In this document: positions 21,418-31,199 of the stretch, piece after piece
Position numbering within the stretch: position 1 is the stretch's first letter
Layout of the letters: each line of letters starts with the position of its first letter
NCBI GenBank assembly: GCA_965248445.1
Contig: CBDFJG010000004.1
Location: forward strand, 1,248,001 to 1,312,000
Reading direction: 5' to 3'
DNA: 64,000 nucleotides
Source of the DNA: Planctomycetota bacterium
GTDB taxonomy: Bacteria > Planctomycetota > JAJSAM01 > JAJVHW01
The notes under the pieces: generated by a model
Told to the model about the DNA's origin: nothing
Database searches by the model: none
The model's input: the letters and a program-made list of their open reading frames with translations, nothing else
Made by a program: the position numbers and the translations under genes

Positions 21418-23211
21418 ATGTGGAGGCTGAGGCTGATCGAGGGTGCCGCCGACCCTGCCGAGATCGACGTCGAGAGCGTCGTCGTCCTCGGCCGGGGCTC
21501 CGGGGTGGACGTGCGCCTGGCGGGCAACAACGTCTCGCGGCGCCACGCCCGGGTCGCGGTGCGGGGGGAGGATCTGCGAGCAGAGGACCTCGACTCCGCG
21601 AACGGGATTGCGGTGAACGACACGGCTGTGGAGAGCGGCGGGGTCGTCGGGCTGGCAGACGGCGACGCACTGCGACTCGGCGACGTGGTCTTCGCGGTCG
21701 AGCGGCTGCTCGACAGCGACTCACGTCCGCGCACGGTCGGCACGGACGCGAACGTACGGGTCGAGGGCAGCGTCAGCAGCGCCGACCACACCGAGTTCCC
21801 GGACCTGCTGAGCTGGGTCTCGGACGCCGCTCGCGGGACGACCGCTGCACAGCGCGTCGCATCGGGCACGTCGGAGTTGCTCCGCGCCGACTCGGTGGTC
21901 GTCCTGGTGCGCGTCCACCGCGGCGGGTCGTACCACGTCGTCGCCTCGCATCCAGCGGGAGACGACGACGCCCCACCCGTGTCGCGCGCACTGCTGGCGC
22001 GCGCGGAAGTGGCGCGTGAGGGACTGCTGCTCTCTGCGGATCTGCCCGACCTGCTGTCGCGCGAGTCCGTCGCCGCCCGCGCTGCCGGCTCCGCCCTCTG
22101 CGCGCCGATCGAGCACGACGGGGAGGTGATCGGCGCGTTCTACGCGGAACGGCGCGCGGACTGGCTCGTCTACGAACAGGCGGACCTGGCGGTGTTCGCG
22201 GCGATCGCGCGCGCCGCGGGCGCCGTGCTGGCGGACGAACTGGTCGCCGCGCGCCGCGGTGCGCGGGAGTCCGCCCTGCTCGTGCCGGAGGGCCGCGCGC
22301 AGCCGACACCGCTCCTGATCGGCGCGTCCCCGACGTACCTCGCCGTGCTGGATGTCGTCGAACGGGTCGCCAGTCTGCCCAGCAGCGTGCTTCTCGTCGG
22401 CGAGCGCGGGACCGGACGCAAGACGCTGGCCCGCACGATCCACCAGGGAGGACGGCAGCAGGCAGGTCCGTTCGTGGTCGTGCCGTGTCCGGAGCTCGGT
22501 CCCAACCGCGAGGCGGAGCTGTTGCTCGGGGAGGTCACGGCGGACGGGGCGCGCACCGGTCTGCTCGCGCACGCCGGCGGCGGCACGGTGTGCCTCGCGG
22601 AGGTCGACCGCCTCGGCACAGAGGGGCAGGCAGCGCTCCTGCGTGCGCTCACCACCCGCGCGCTCACGCCGGTGGGCGGAGGGAGCAGCGAGCCGCTGCG
22701 CGCTCGCATCGTCGCGACCGCGGACCCCTCCGTGGCGAAGCGGGTCGCCGCAGGCGAGTTCTCCGCCGATCTCCACGCGCGCCTCGGACCGGTCCTCGTC
22801 CACGTACCGTCCCTGCGTTCCCGCTCCGAGGACGTCGGGCTGCTGGCGAGGCACTTCGCGTCACTGCACGGACTGCGCATCCGGCACGCGCAAATGCGCG
22901 TTGCGGACGACGTCGTCGAGGCGCTGCGCACCTACTCGTTCGGCGGGAACGTGGCGGAACTCTCCGCGATCATCGAGTGGATGGTGCTGTCGGCGGCAGG
23001 AGACACGCTCGTCATGGACGACGTTCCCGAAGACGTGCGCGCATCGTCCGGCGCGGAACGTCCGAGCGATCTCTCTCTTGCGGCGGCCGAGCGTGCGGCG
23101 GTGGCGCGCGCGCTGCGCGCGACCGGTGGGAGGCGCGGGAAAGCGGCGGAGTTGCTCGGGATCTCCTGGCCGACGCTGACCAAGAAGATCCGGAAGTACG
23201 GGCTCGAGTGA
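21418..23211 (+). CDS. FHA-GAF-AAA+-Fis HTH regulator (NtrC-like, lacks GAFTGA)
   Basis: FHA (LGRG, VSRRHA, DLDSANG), GAF (ALCAPI), VLLVGERGTGRKTLA, C-terminal AAELLGISWPTLTKKIRKYGL. Confidence 0.87.
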   Translation: MWRLRLIEGAADPAEIDVESVVVLGRGSGVDVRLAGNNVSRRHARVAVRGEDLRAEDLDSANGIAVNDTAVESGGVVGLADGDALRLGDVVFAVERLLDSDSRPRTVGTDANVRVEGSVSSADHTEFPDLLSWVSDAARGTTAAQRVASGTSELLRADSVVVLVRVHRGGSYHVVASHPAGDDDAPPVSRALLARAEVAREGLLLSADLPDLLSRESVAARAAGSALCAPIEHDGEVIGAFYAERRADWLVYEQADLAVFAAIARAAGAVLADELVAARRGARESALLVPEGRAQPTPLLIGASPTYLAVLDVVERVASLPSSVLLVGERGTGRKTLARTIHQGGRQQAGPFVVVPCPELGPNREAELLLGEVTADGARTGLLAHAGGGTVCLAEVDRLGTEGQAALLRALTTRALTPVGGGSSEPLRARIVATADPSVAKRVAAGEFSADLHARLGPVLVHVPSLRSRSEDVGLLARHFASLHGLRIRHAQMRVADDVVEALRTYSFGGNVAELSAIIEWMVLSAAGDTLVMDDVPEDVRASSGAERPSDLSLAAAERAAVARALRATGGRRGKAAELLGISWPTLTKKIRKYGLE

Positions 23212-23215
23212 CGAG

Positions 23216-25849
23216 TCAGTTGGCGCGCTTGTAGGCGTTGCGCGCTTCGAGAACCAGTTCGTCCATCTTCCTCTTCGCGACTTCGCAGATGGCCTGAACC
23301 GCGCCGTCGCCCTTGTCCGCGTCGGGCTCGAACGTGCGATCGGCGAGCTCGCCCGCGGCCTTGAGGAACAGGCGTCGTTCGTCGTCGTCCTTCGCGTTCT
23401 CGATGCCGTGTCCGACGCGCCAGGCAGCCTTGTCGCCCATCGCGTCGAGGTCCGTCTTCGCCGACGCCTCGGTGGCGGGCCGGCTGAGCGCCTCCATGAT
23501 GCGTTCGAACTTGGCGCGTTCCTTGTTCGTCCCCGCGCGCGCGGCCGTCAAGAGCCGACCTGCGCGAGCGCGGTCGTCGTCGCCGAGTGCGGACGCCGCC
23601 TCATCGGCCTGCGTCAGCGCAACCAGCGCGCGCCGGGGGTCGCCGAGGCGGAGGAGGACGTCGCCGAGTTCGAGGAACACCCTGACGTGCAACTCGTGCG
23701 GCGTCGTGGCCGCCGCTTCCTCCAAGCCGAGCAGGATGCGGGCGGCTCCCCGCAGGTTCTCGGCGTCGCCGATCGCGTGGGCGGCGCGGGCCTCGAGAAG
23801 TGACCAGCGTGCCTTCGGGTCGTCGTCGCGCGCGGACGTGACGAGTTCGCCGGCGAGTCCCATGGCGCCGGACGGGTCGCCACCGACCAGGAGCCACTCG
23901 GCCAGTTGTTCGCGCGGCATGCCGCGACCGCCCTCCGCCTCCCACGGCCGGTCCCGTGAGGCGACGACACTCGCGAGCAGCGCGACACCCCGCGCGCGGC
24001 GTGCGGCCACGGGTGAGTCCCACAGACTCTGCGCGTCGTCCAGGACAGACTTGATCGGCAGCTCGCGCTCGAGTTCCAAGAGCCGGTTCGCGACGTACAC
24101 CTCAAACACCGCATCGACGTCGATTGCGTCGCCGAGGTGTCCCAGCGCGTCGTCCGGCGCGAGTTCGAGGACGGCGCGGGCGGCCTCCTCGCGCACTCCG
24201 GTGTCCTCGTCTTCGAGGAGGACCCGTTTGAGTGCGGGCAGCGTCTCGTCCAGCCCCTCCTTGGGGCCGCCCTTCAAGTAACCCGCGCTGCTGCTGCGGA
24301 CACGCGGACTGGCATCGCGCAAGCCGAGTTCGACCAGCGCGGCGCGCGCTGCGGGGACGCCGCGCCCCCACAGCTTGCCGAGCGCGGAGGCGGCGCTGTT
24401 TCGCAGACCCGCTTCGCCCTCTGCGGTGCGGACGCGCAGCAGTTCGATGAACACGTCGTGGGAGACGTCTTCGGGCGAGTTCGTGAGCATGATCACGAGT
24501 TGCTCCGCCACTTCGACGTCGCGCTCGCGCTGCAACCGCTCGGTGAGCCACGGCACGATCCGCACGTCCACCGAATCGAGGTTCTCGAGCTTCTCGAGGG
24601 CGCCGAGTTGCAGGCGGCGCAGTTCTGCGTCGGTGTCCGCGAGAAGGTCGTACTGGTCCTGCAGGAACTTGGCGGGGCGCGGGTCGCGCAACGCACGGAT
24701 CATGCGGAGGGCAGACTCACGAACGCGCCGAGACGCCCGCCCCGCGACCTGAGCGCGGACGGTCAGCGTCTCCAGCCCTGCGTCCGTGACGCTCTCCCGC
24801 AGTGAGTCTGCGAATGGGATGAGAGCCGCGAGCAGCGCCTGTTCGACGTCGTCGTGCGTCTCGGCGTCCAGCGCCGCGAGCAACGCGGCCGCTGCAGCGC
24901 TCTTCGTGGGCGTGGCGTCGGGATCGGCAGCGAAGTCGTGCCCGGACACACGCGCGACGGCGGCCACGCGGATACCCGGTGACGGGGAAGCCACCACGAG
25001 CAGATCAAGAAGCTGCTCGAGCGGGAGCGCAGCGACAGCCGCGTGCGCCAGCCGGATGTACTCCTGCTCGAACGCGTCGCGATCGCCGGTTCCCGTTGGA
25101 GCGGCCACCTGGCCGGCGATGCGTCTGCGCAACAACTGGGCGAGCGTAACCCCGGAGCCGAGCTCGGCCACGTCTGAGCGCGCGGTCTCGATGTCGGGCG
25201 TGGCCGGGAGGATTCGTCGGAACGCACGCTGGGCGGCGGCGCGGAGCGCCTCGTCACCCGACGTGCCCCAGATCTGGACCAGTGTCGCGAGGCCGCCGCC
25301 TTGACCGCACTCGCCGAGCGTCTCCACAGCGGTCACCCGGTACGCCACCGGGCGGTTCGAGTTCAGGCAGAGCTCGCTGAGCGCGCGCACCACGGTCTCG
25401 TTCGCGTTCTGCGCCACCGGCGCCCGGATGCGTCGCCCGAGAGACGAGTCGCCCTCGAGCCGGAGCCGCTCGACGAAGGAGCCGAGCAGTTCGGTCGCCC
25501 CCGGATCGGAGATCACGCTGAGTGCGATCTGCTCGACCACGTCGCGAGGCGCCGAGGGGTCCTGCAGCATGGCACCGAACCGCGTCCGTGCGAGGGGCGA
25601 TCCGGAGGCCAAGAGCCGGTCCACAGTCTCGCGCAGCCGCCCGGGCACCTTGCGCGTTACGGGCATGCGCAACCGGTTCAGGAGATCGCTGATCGAGGGC
25701 TCATCCTCCGCGGGCGAAGCCACATCGGCGGCGTCCTGCGCGTGCGCCGGACGCTCGACGACGTCGGTGACGAGCGCCGCTGCGCCGACTGCGGCGAACC
25801 CGCAAGCGAGACGGCGAACGAGACGGCGAACGGGCGTGGATTCGGTCAT
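23216..25849 (-). CDS. Exported HEAT/TPR-repeat protein
   Basis: Signal-like N-terminus ending AHA-QD; HEAT-like repeats (LRDASPRVRSSSA, EDEDTGVREEAARA). Confidence 0.7.
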   Translation of the reverse strand: MTESTPVRRLVRRLACGFAAVGAAALVTDVVERPAHAQDAADVASPAEDEPSISDLLNRLRMPVTRKVPGRLRETVDRLLASGSPLARTRFGAMLQDPSAPRDVVEQIALSVISDPGATELLGSFVERLRLEGDSSLGRRIRAPVAQNANETVVRALSELCLNSNRPVAYRVTAVETLGECGQGGGLATLVQIWGTSGDEALRAAAQRAFRRILPATPDIETARSDVAELGSGVTLAQLLRRRIAGQVAAPTGTGDRDAFEQEYIRLAHAAVAALPLEQLLDLLVVASPSPGIRVAAVARVSGHDFAADPDATPTKSAAAAALLAALDAETHDDVEQALLAALIPFADSLRESVTDAGLETLTVRAQVAGRASRRVRESALRMIRALRDPRPAKFLQDQYDLLADTDAELRRLQLGALEKLENLDSVDVRIVPWLTERLQRERDVEVAEQLVIMLTNSPEDVSHDVFIELLRVRTAEGEAGLRNSAASALGKLWGRGVPAARAALVELGLRDASPRVRSSSAGYLKGGPKEGLDETLPALKRVLLEDEDTGVREEAARAVLELAPDDALGHLGDAIDVDAVFEVYVANRLLELERELPIKSVLDDAQSLWDSPVAARRARGVALLASVVASRDRPWEAEGGRGMPREQLAEWLLVGGDPSGAMGLAGELVTSARDDDPKARWSLLEARAAHAIGDAENLRGAARILLGLEEAAATTPHELHVRVFLELGDVLLRLGDPRRALVALTQADEAASALGDDDRARAGRLLTAARAGTNKERAKFERIMEALSRPATEASAKTDLDAMGDKAAWRVGHGIENAKDDDERRLFLKAAGELADRTFEPDADKGDGAVQAICEVAKRKMDELVLEARNAYKRAN

Positions 25850-25926
25850 GGTGCGGCGCAGGGAACGTGGTCACCTCCATCGTACGGGATCGACTGTCGC
25901 GCCGAGCAGACGCGAGGAGCGCGCCG

Positions 25927-27939
25927 TCACCCGAGCCCGACGCCGCGGTCGGCCGTCGCAAGCCGGTCCGCAAGCCACTCGGCCGTCTCGACGGCGTTCA
26001 TGTCCGACACGTCCACGGTGAGCGTCGCGAGCGCGCGGTAGAGTGGCATTCGTTCCGCCCGCTGCACCCGCACCTCCTCCGACGAGGGACGATCCGAGAG
26101 CGGAGCGCGAGGCGTTTGCTGCCACCGCGCGACCAGTTCGTCGTCCGCGGCGTGCAGCAGCACGACCGTCGCATCATCGCCCAGGGCGCGCAGCGCTGCT
26201 GCGTGCAGTGCGGCGCCGCCGCCCGTTGCGAGCACCACGCCGCGCAGCGAGGCGGCGTGGTGCAGCGCGTCCCCCTCCGCCGCGCGGAAGGCGTCCAGCT
26301 GACCCGCAGCGATGAAGTCGTCGGGCGTGCGTCCGGTGCTCTCCGTCACCAACGCATCCGTGTCGACGAACTCCCGTCCCAGCAGCGCCGCGAGCTCACG
26401 TCCCGTCGTGGTCTTCCCAGTGCAGCGCAGCCCGACGAGGACGATGTTGCGTGCACGCCGGGCGAGCAGCCGCCGGCCGACACGCGCAATCGCGTCGGGA
26501 GACATGGTCGCGCCGACCAGGTGTCCGATCTGCGGCATCGCCTGTTCGACCAGCATCTCGAATCCCGGCACGACGACGTGTCCGGCCTCTCGTGCCGCGG
26601 CGAGTAATGCCGTGTCCTGCGCCGCCACCAGCATGTCGAGGACGGTCGCGGGCCCCGGCAGCTTCGACGGATCGATAAAAGGAGTCCCGCCGGGTGGCCC
26701 GGCCGGCGTGGCGTCGACGACGATCTCCGGAGCGGCTGCGACCGCGTCGTCCGCACTCGTGTGGACCGTACGCGCACCGAGCGTGCGCAGCGACTCGGCT
26801 TGAGCGATGCGCCGCGCGAACACCGACACGCGTGCGCCTGACGTGTTCAGGGCGACAACTGCCGACCGCGCCGCCCCGCCTGCCCCGAGCACGAGCGCGC
26901 GCTTGCCGTCCAACTCCGGCGCAGGCAGCCCCGCACCGGCGAGCGCTCCGAGCAGGCCCGCGCCGTCCGTGCTCAAGCCCTCGAGCGCCGCGTCACGCAC
27001 GCGGACGGTGTTGACCGCGCCTGCCGCCCTGGCATGGCCACCGATCCGCACCTCCGCTGCGACGAGAGCGTCGTGCACGGTCGCCTTGTGCGGGTTCGTC
27101 ACCCCCATGCCGGCCCAGCCGAACTCGTCCAGGGCCCCGAGTAGATGCCGTGGATCGTCGACGGACCACCGCGCCGCCACGATCTGGCTCCCCACGGCAC
27201 GGAATGCCGCATTCAGCATGTCGGGGCTGACGCTGTCCGACACGTCGCGTCCCACGAGGACGAACAACGGCGTGCCCTCCGTGGCGCGCCGGAACTCCAT
27301 GCGGTCGATCACCTGGTTCACCGTCGGGAGCGGCAGTCCGAGCCGTCCACCCGGTCGCAGGGCCGCGTACACGAGCGGAGAACCGAGCGCCGCGCCGGCA
27401 AGCCGCGTGAACGGATGCGACACGATGTGCGCCGCGAGCCGCGGTGCGTGCATGCGCACGGCGCGGAGCACGCGGAGCGCATCGCGCTCGTCGCCACGAT
27501 GCACGACGTACTTCACAAGTCCGTCGCTGCTCAGCAGTCGCGGGATGACCGCCTCGAAATCCTCCGGGACCCTCGTCACGTGAACCGAGTGAACGACCTC
27601 GGCCACGCCGTCGAAGGACTCGGCGTCCAACTCGCTCCCGGCTTCGATGTCGACCAAAGTGGCCCCGGCGTTTGCGGCGCGCAGGAGCAACGCCGCGCGG
27701 TCGGCTTCCAAACCCTCGTACAGTCCGCCGTCACAGAATCGGCGGCACGTGGCGAGCACGTCGCGCCGCGACGACGCCACGAGATCTTCCAGTTCGCTCT
27801 CGATGCCCGGGATCAAGTCCAGCCGCAACTCGATGACGTCGGCACGGGCGGCGGACGGTGCGGCGAGCACGCGCGCCATCTCCCCGGCCGAGCGCGGTCC
27901 GAAGGTCCCGACCAGCAGGTTTCCCGGTGGGCGGGTCAG
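25927..27939 (-). CDS. aroDEK: Trifunctional type I 3-dehydroquinase / shikimate dehydrogenase / shikimate kinase
   Basis: ADVIELRLD, TCRRFCDGG, VDIE (AroD); SVSPDMLN, VTNPHK, GAVNTV, LGAGGAAR (AroE); GLRCTGKTT, VDTD, LATGGG (AroK). Start is CTG 27939 (inferred) or ATG 27879. Confidence 0.88.
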   Translation of the reverse strand: MTRPPGNLLVGTFGPRSAGEMARVLAAPSAARADVIELRLDLIPGIESELEDLVASSRRDVLATCRRFCDGGLYEGLEADRAALLLRAANAGATLVDIEAGSELDAESFDGVAEVVHSVHVTRVPEDFEAVIPRLLSSDGLVKYVVHRGDERDALRVLRAVRMHAPRLAAHIVSHPFTRLAGAALGSPLVYAALRPGGRLGLPLPTVNQVIDRMEFRRATEGTPLFVLVGRDVSDSVSPDMLNAAFRAVGSQIVAARWSVDDPRHLLGALDEFGWAGMGVTNPHKATVHDALVAAEVRIGGHARAAGAVNTVRVRDAALEGLSTDGAGLLGALAGAGLPAPELDGKRALVLGAGGAARSAVVALNTSGARVSVFARRIAQAESLRTLGARTVHTSADDAVAAAPEIVVDATPAGPPGGTPFIDPSKLPGPATVLDMLVAAQDTALLAAAREAGHVVVPGFEMLVEQAMPQIGHLVGATMSPDAIARVGRRLLARRARNIVLVGLRCTGKTTTGRELAALLGREFVDTDALVTESTGRTPDDFIAAGQLDAFRAAEGDALHHAASLRGVVLATGGGAALHAAALRALGDDATVVLLHAADDELVARWQQTPRAPLSDRPSSEEVRVQRAERMPLYRALATLTVDVSDMNAVETAEWLADRLATADRGVGLG

Positions 27940-28835
27940 CGTTCCGACTCCGCGCTTGCCCGCGACGGAACGCCGCGCGCGAATCCATGGCCTGCGCCGT
28001 CGGTCAACCCGACGGCCGCCGGCGCTTCATCCTGTCCGAGCGGCAGATACAGCGCCGAGCCGCTCCCGGTCATCTGCACGGCCGAGGAGACGCGGTCGCG
28101 CGCACGGGCAAACACGTCACTCATCTCCGGGGCAACCCGCATCGCCGGCGCGACGAGCGCATTGAACGTGGCGGCGGCGAGCGCCTCGGCATCCCCCGCC
28201 GCAAGCGCAGCGACGACGGCGTCCGGCCGCCGGGGCGGCCCGCCATGCGCGGGGAGCGCGCCGTACACACGGGTAGTGGAGAGGGAGAGGTTGGGGAAGA
28301 GCAGCAGGTAGCGGAGGCCGGTCGCCGCATCGATCCGCTCGAACACGTCGCCCCTGCCGCTTGCGAGCGCGGCGCCACCCGCGAGCTGGAACGGAACGTC
28401 GCTGCCGAGACTCCGTGCGATCGTGAGCAGGTCGTCCTGAGACGCCGCCAGCCCGAGCAGCCGGTTCACGGCGCGCAGTGCGCCGGCGGCATCCGCGGAT
28501 CCGCCGCCCATCCCGGAACCGACGGGGATGCGCTTGTCGATCACGATCTCGAGCGCTGCATCGCTCCCTGCGAGCTCGAGGAGCGCTACCGCTGCACGCG
28601 CGGCGAGGTTCGTCTCGTCCTCAGGCACGCCGGCGGAGAGACCCTGCACGGCGATGCGCACCGAACGCGGCTCGCCGAGCGTCCGGCGCACGGTCATCGC
28701 ATCGGCGTACTCGACCTCGTGGAACACGGTGACGATTTCGTGGAAACCGTCCGCGCGCTTGCCGCGCACGTCGAGGAACAGATTGAGCTTCCCGCGGCAG
28801 AGCTCGCGTTCCTCCGTGAGGTCGAGATGGCTCAC
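27936..28835 (-). CDS. ispE: 4-diphosphocytidyl-2-C-methyl-D-erythritol kinase
   Basis: GKLNLFLDV.GKRADGFHEI, KRIPVGSGMGGGSADAA, LGSDVPF, MTGSGS. Confidence 0.95.
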   Translation of the reverse strand: MSHLDLTEERELCRGKLNLFLDVRGKRADGFHEIVTVFHEVEYADAMTVRRTLGEPRSVRIAVQGLSAGVPEDETNLAARAAVALLELAGSDAALEIVIDKRIPVGSGMGGGSADAAGALRAVNRLLGLAASQDDLLTIARSLGSDVPFQLAGGAALASGRGDVFERIDAATGLRYLLLFPNLSLSTTRVYGALPAHGGPPRRPDAVVAALAAGDAEALAAATFNALVAPAMRVAPEMSDVFARARDRVSSAVQMTGSGSALYLPLGQDEAPAAVGLTDGAGHGFARGVPSRASAESER

Positions 28836-29695
28836 GCGACCCCGCCGGTGCGAACGACGACATTGTCCAGGAGGCGTGTCGTGCCCACGCGGAGCACGGC
28901 GATGAGCAGGGCACGGGTCTCGATCGTCTCCAGCGGTATGAGAGTGTCCGGATCCACGACGTCGGCGTAGTCCAGCAGGACGTCGTCGCGCACCGACGCC
29001 GTCATCTCGACCATCGCCGCGCGCAACCGGTTCGCATCGCGCTCGCCCTCGTTCGCGAGTTGTTCCGCCCGCGCGAGCGCCTGCGGCAGACGCAGCGCCT
29101 CTTCTCGATCCTCTGGCGAGAGGCTGCGGTTGCGGCTGGAGAGCGCGAGTCCGTCCTCGTCGCGCACGATCGGACACACGACGACCTCGACAGGCACGGC
29201 GAGGTCGGACACCAGCCGTCGGATGACCAGAGTCTGCTGATAGTCCTTCTGGCCGAAGTACGCGCGATCCGGCTGCACCATGTTGAGGAGTGTCGTAACG
29301 ATCGTCGCGACGCCCTCGAAGTGCCGGGGACGGCGGGCGCCCTCGAACTCCTCCGTGACACCGCGCACGACGACGACGGTCGACCGGCCGGGCCGCTGCA
29401 TCTCCCGCACCGTTGGCGCGAACACGACGTCGGCGTTCGCCTCCTCACAGATCCCGACGTCGGTGTCGAGCGTGCGCGGGTACGACTCGAAGTCCTCGCC
29501 CTCCCCGAACTGCAGAGGGTTCACGTAGACGGAGACGATCGTGCAGTCGTTGTCCTGCACGGAGCGGTGCACGAGCGACAGGTGCCCGTCGTGCAGCGCG
29601 CCCATCGTCGGCACGAATCCGAGCGAGAATCGGTTGCGCTTCGTCATCGTCACGTACTCGCGCAACTCGCGCGCTGTGTGGATCACCCGGGTCAC
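28832..29695 (-). CDS. panC: Pantoate--beta-alanine ligase
   Basis: GFVPTMGALHDGHLSL, VNPLQF, RPRHFEGV, YFGQKDYQQ, DGLALSSRN, RLLDN. Confidence 0.97.
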   Translation of the reverse strand: MTRVIHTARELREYVTMTKRNRFSLGFVPTMGALHDGHLSLVHRSVQDNDCTIVSVYVNPLQFGEGEDFESYPRTLDTDVGICEEANADVVFAPTVREMQRPGRSTVVVVRGVTEEFEGARRPRHFEGVATIVTTLLNMVQPDRAYFGQKDYQQTLVIRRLVSDLAVPVEVVVCPIVRDEDGLALSSRNRSLSPEDREEALRLPQALARAEQLANEGERDANRLRAAMVEMTASVRDDVLLDYADVVDPDTLIPLETIETRALLIAVLRVGTTRLLDNVVVRTGGVA

Positions 29696-30228
29696 GTCAG
29701 GTCCTCCAGAAGTTCGCGAACGGTGCGGTCCAGCACGGGGTGCCGCATCTGCGGAGCGATCTCGGCGGCCGGTCCCAGGACGAACCTGCGCCGGCTCATG
29801 CGGGGATGCGGGATCTGCAGGCCGGGTTCGTCCACGACCCGATCCTCGTAGAGAAGCAGGTCCAGGTCCACGACGCGCGGACCCCAGCGTGGCCCGCCCG
29901 GCTCTCTCCCTACCTCGCGCTCGATCCGCTGCAGCACGCGCAACAACTCCCGGGGGGCCAGCACGGTGCGGACGAGACATGCGGCGTTGCGGAAGTCCGG
30001 CTGGGGTGGACCGCCCACCGGTGAGGTCGTCATCGCCGCGCTTCGGCTGGAGAGCGTGACTCCCGTCTCGGCGGCGAGCAGGCTGAGCGCGCGGTCAATG
30101 TGCGCGTCGCGGTCGCCCAGGTTGCTGCCCAGCGCGATGAGCGCCCAGCCGGAGCTTGTCGCCCCCCCCGCGCCGGCGGGACCGTCTGCGCCGGACGGGT
30201 CACCCGCGTCGTGCGGCGGTTCGTCCAC
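29692..30228 (-). CDS. folK: 2-amino-4-hydroxy-6-hydroxymethyldihydropteridine diphosphokinase
   Basis: IALGSNLGDR, QPDFRNA, RWGPRVVDLDLL, IPHPRMSRRRFVL. Confidence 0.95.
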   Translation of the reverse strand: MDEPPHDAGDPSGADGPAGAGGATSSGWALIALGSNLGDRDAHIDRALSLLAAETGVTLSSRSAAMTTSPVGGPPQPDFRNAACLVRTVLAPRELLRVLQRIEREVGREPGGPRWGPRVVDLDLLLYEDRVVDEPGLQIPHPRMSRRRFVLGPAAEIAPQMRHPVLDRTVRELLEDLT

Positions 30229-30229
30229 G

Positions 30230-31189
30230 TCAGTCGAAGATCTCGGGCAATCGCGGGCGGCGGCGGCCACGGAGCGCACGCCAGAGGACCATGAACGGCC
30301 CCGAGACGGCGTACGCCACGAAGAGAATCGCCAGGACGTGGGCAATGCTGAGATGGAGCATCACCATGACCGCCAGGACCAGGATGGCGACGCTTCCGAC
30401 CGTCCGCCTCTGGCTGAGCAGCCGGTTGGCGGCATGCATGTAGCGGACACGGCTCACCATCAGCAGGCCGAGCGGCACGAGAACGCCGAACCCGATCACG
30501 TATGCGACCACCGTCAGCGCCCGCGGACTGAGAGTCGCCTGCTCGATGAACCCTCGGTGCAGGATCGCGAGGCCGGCCACGACTCCGGCGGCGCCGGGTG
30601 TGGGCAGTCCGCTGAAGTGGTTCACGCCGTCGGCGGTGGGTTCGTCGTGCTCCGCGCTGTACCGCGCCAGGCGCAGGCAGGCGCAGAGTGCGAAGAACAC
30701 AGCGGTGAGAAACGACGTGCGGTCGTAAGCGAACTCCAGCGGCGCCTCCATCAACGCCTTCGCGATCAACGCGGGGGCGACGCCGAACGTGACGACGTCG
30801 GCCAAGCTGTCGAGCATCCCGCCGAAGCTGGTCGTCGAACGGGTGATGCGCGCGACGCGGCCATCCAGGCCGTCGCACGCCATGCCCGCGAGGATCAACC
30901 AGCCGGCCATCACGAACTTGTGCGCGCCGAGGGCCGCTGCATCCACCGCAGTGGCACCGACGCTGGCGCGCGCGATCGCGTGCGCCGCCACGCCGTCCAC
31001 CACGTACGAGATCGCGAGCACGCCGCACACCAGATTGGCCAGCGTGACAGCCGTCGGCAGCATGCTGAGACGCAGGATGCGCCGGCGACGCTGCGGCGAC
31101 CGCGCCGCGTCCGCCGAACCGGCGGCGTCGCCGTCGGCAGCGGGTGGCGCTGCGGAGGGGACCGGTACGGCTGCGTCGGGTCGTGTCAT
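30230..31189 (-). CDS. pssA: CDP-diacylglycerol--serine O-phosphatidyltransferase
   Basis: LPTAVTLANL, DGLDGRVAR...FGGMLDSLADVVTFGVAP, LRLARY, FSGLPTP; adjacent to psd. Confidence 0.92.
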   Translation of the reverse strand: MTRPDAAVPVPSAAPPAADGDAAGSADAARSPQRRRRILRLSMLPTAVTLANLVCGVLAISYVVDGVAAHAIARASVGATAVDAAALGAHKFVMAGWLILAGMACDGLDGRVARITRSTTSFGGMLDSLADVVTFGVAPALIAKALMEAPLEFAYDRTSFLTAVFFALCACLRLARYSAEHDEPTADGVNHFSGLPTPGAAGVVAGLAILHRGFIEQATLSPRALTVVAYVIGFGVLVPLGLLMVSRVRYMHAANRLLSQRRTVGSVAILVLAVMVMLHLSIAHVLAILFVAYAVSGPFMVLWRALRGRRRPRLPEIFD

Positions 31190-31199
31190 AAGGTGCGGG

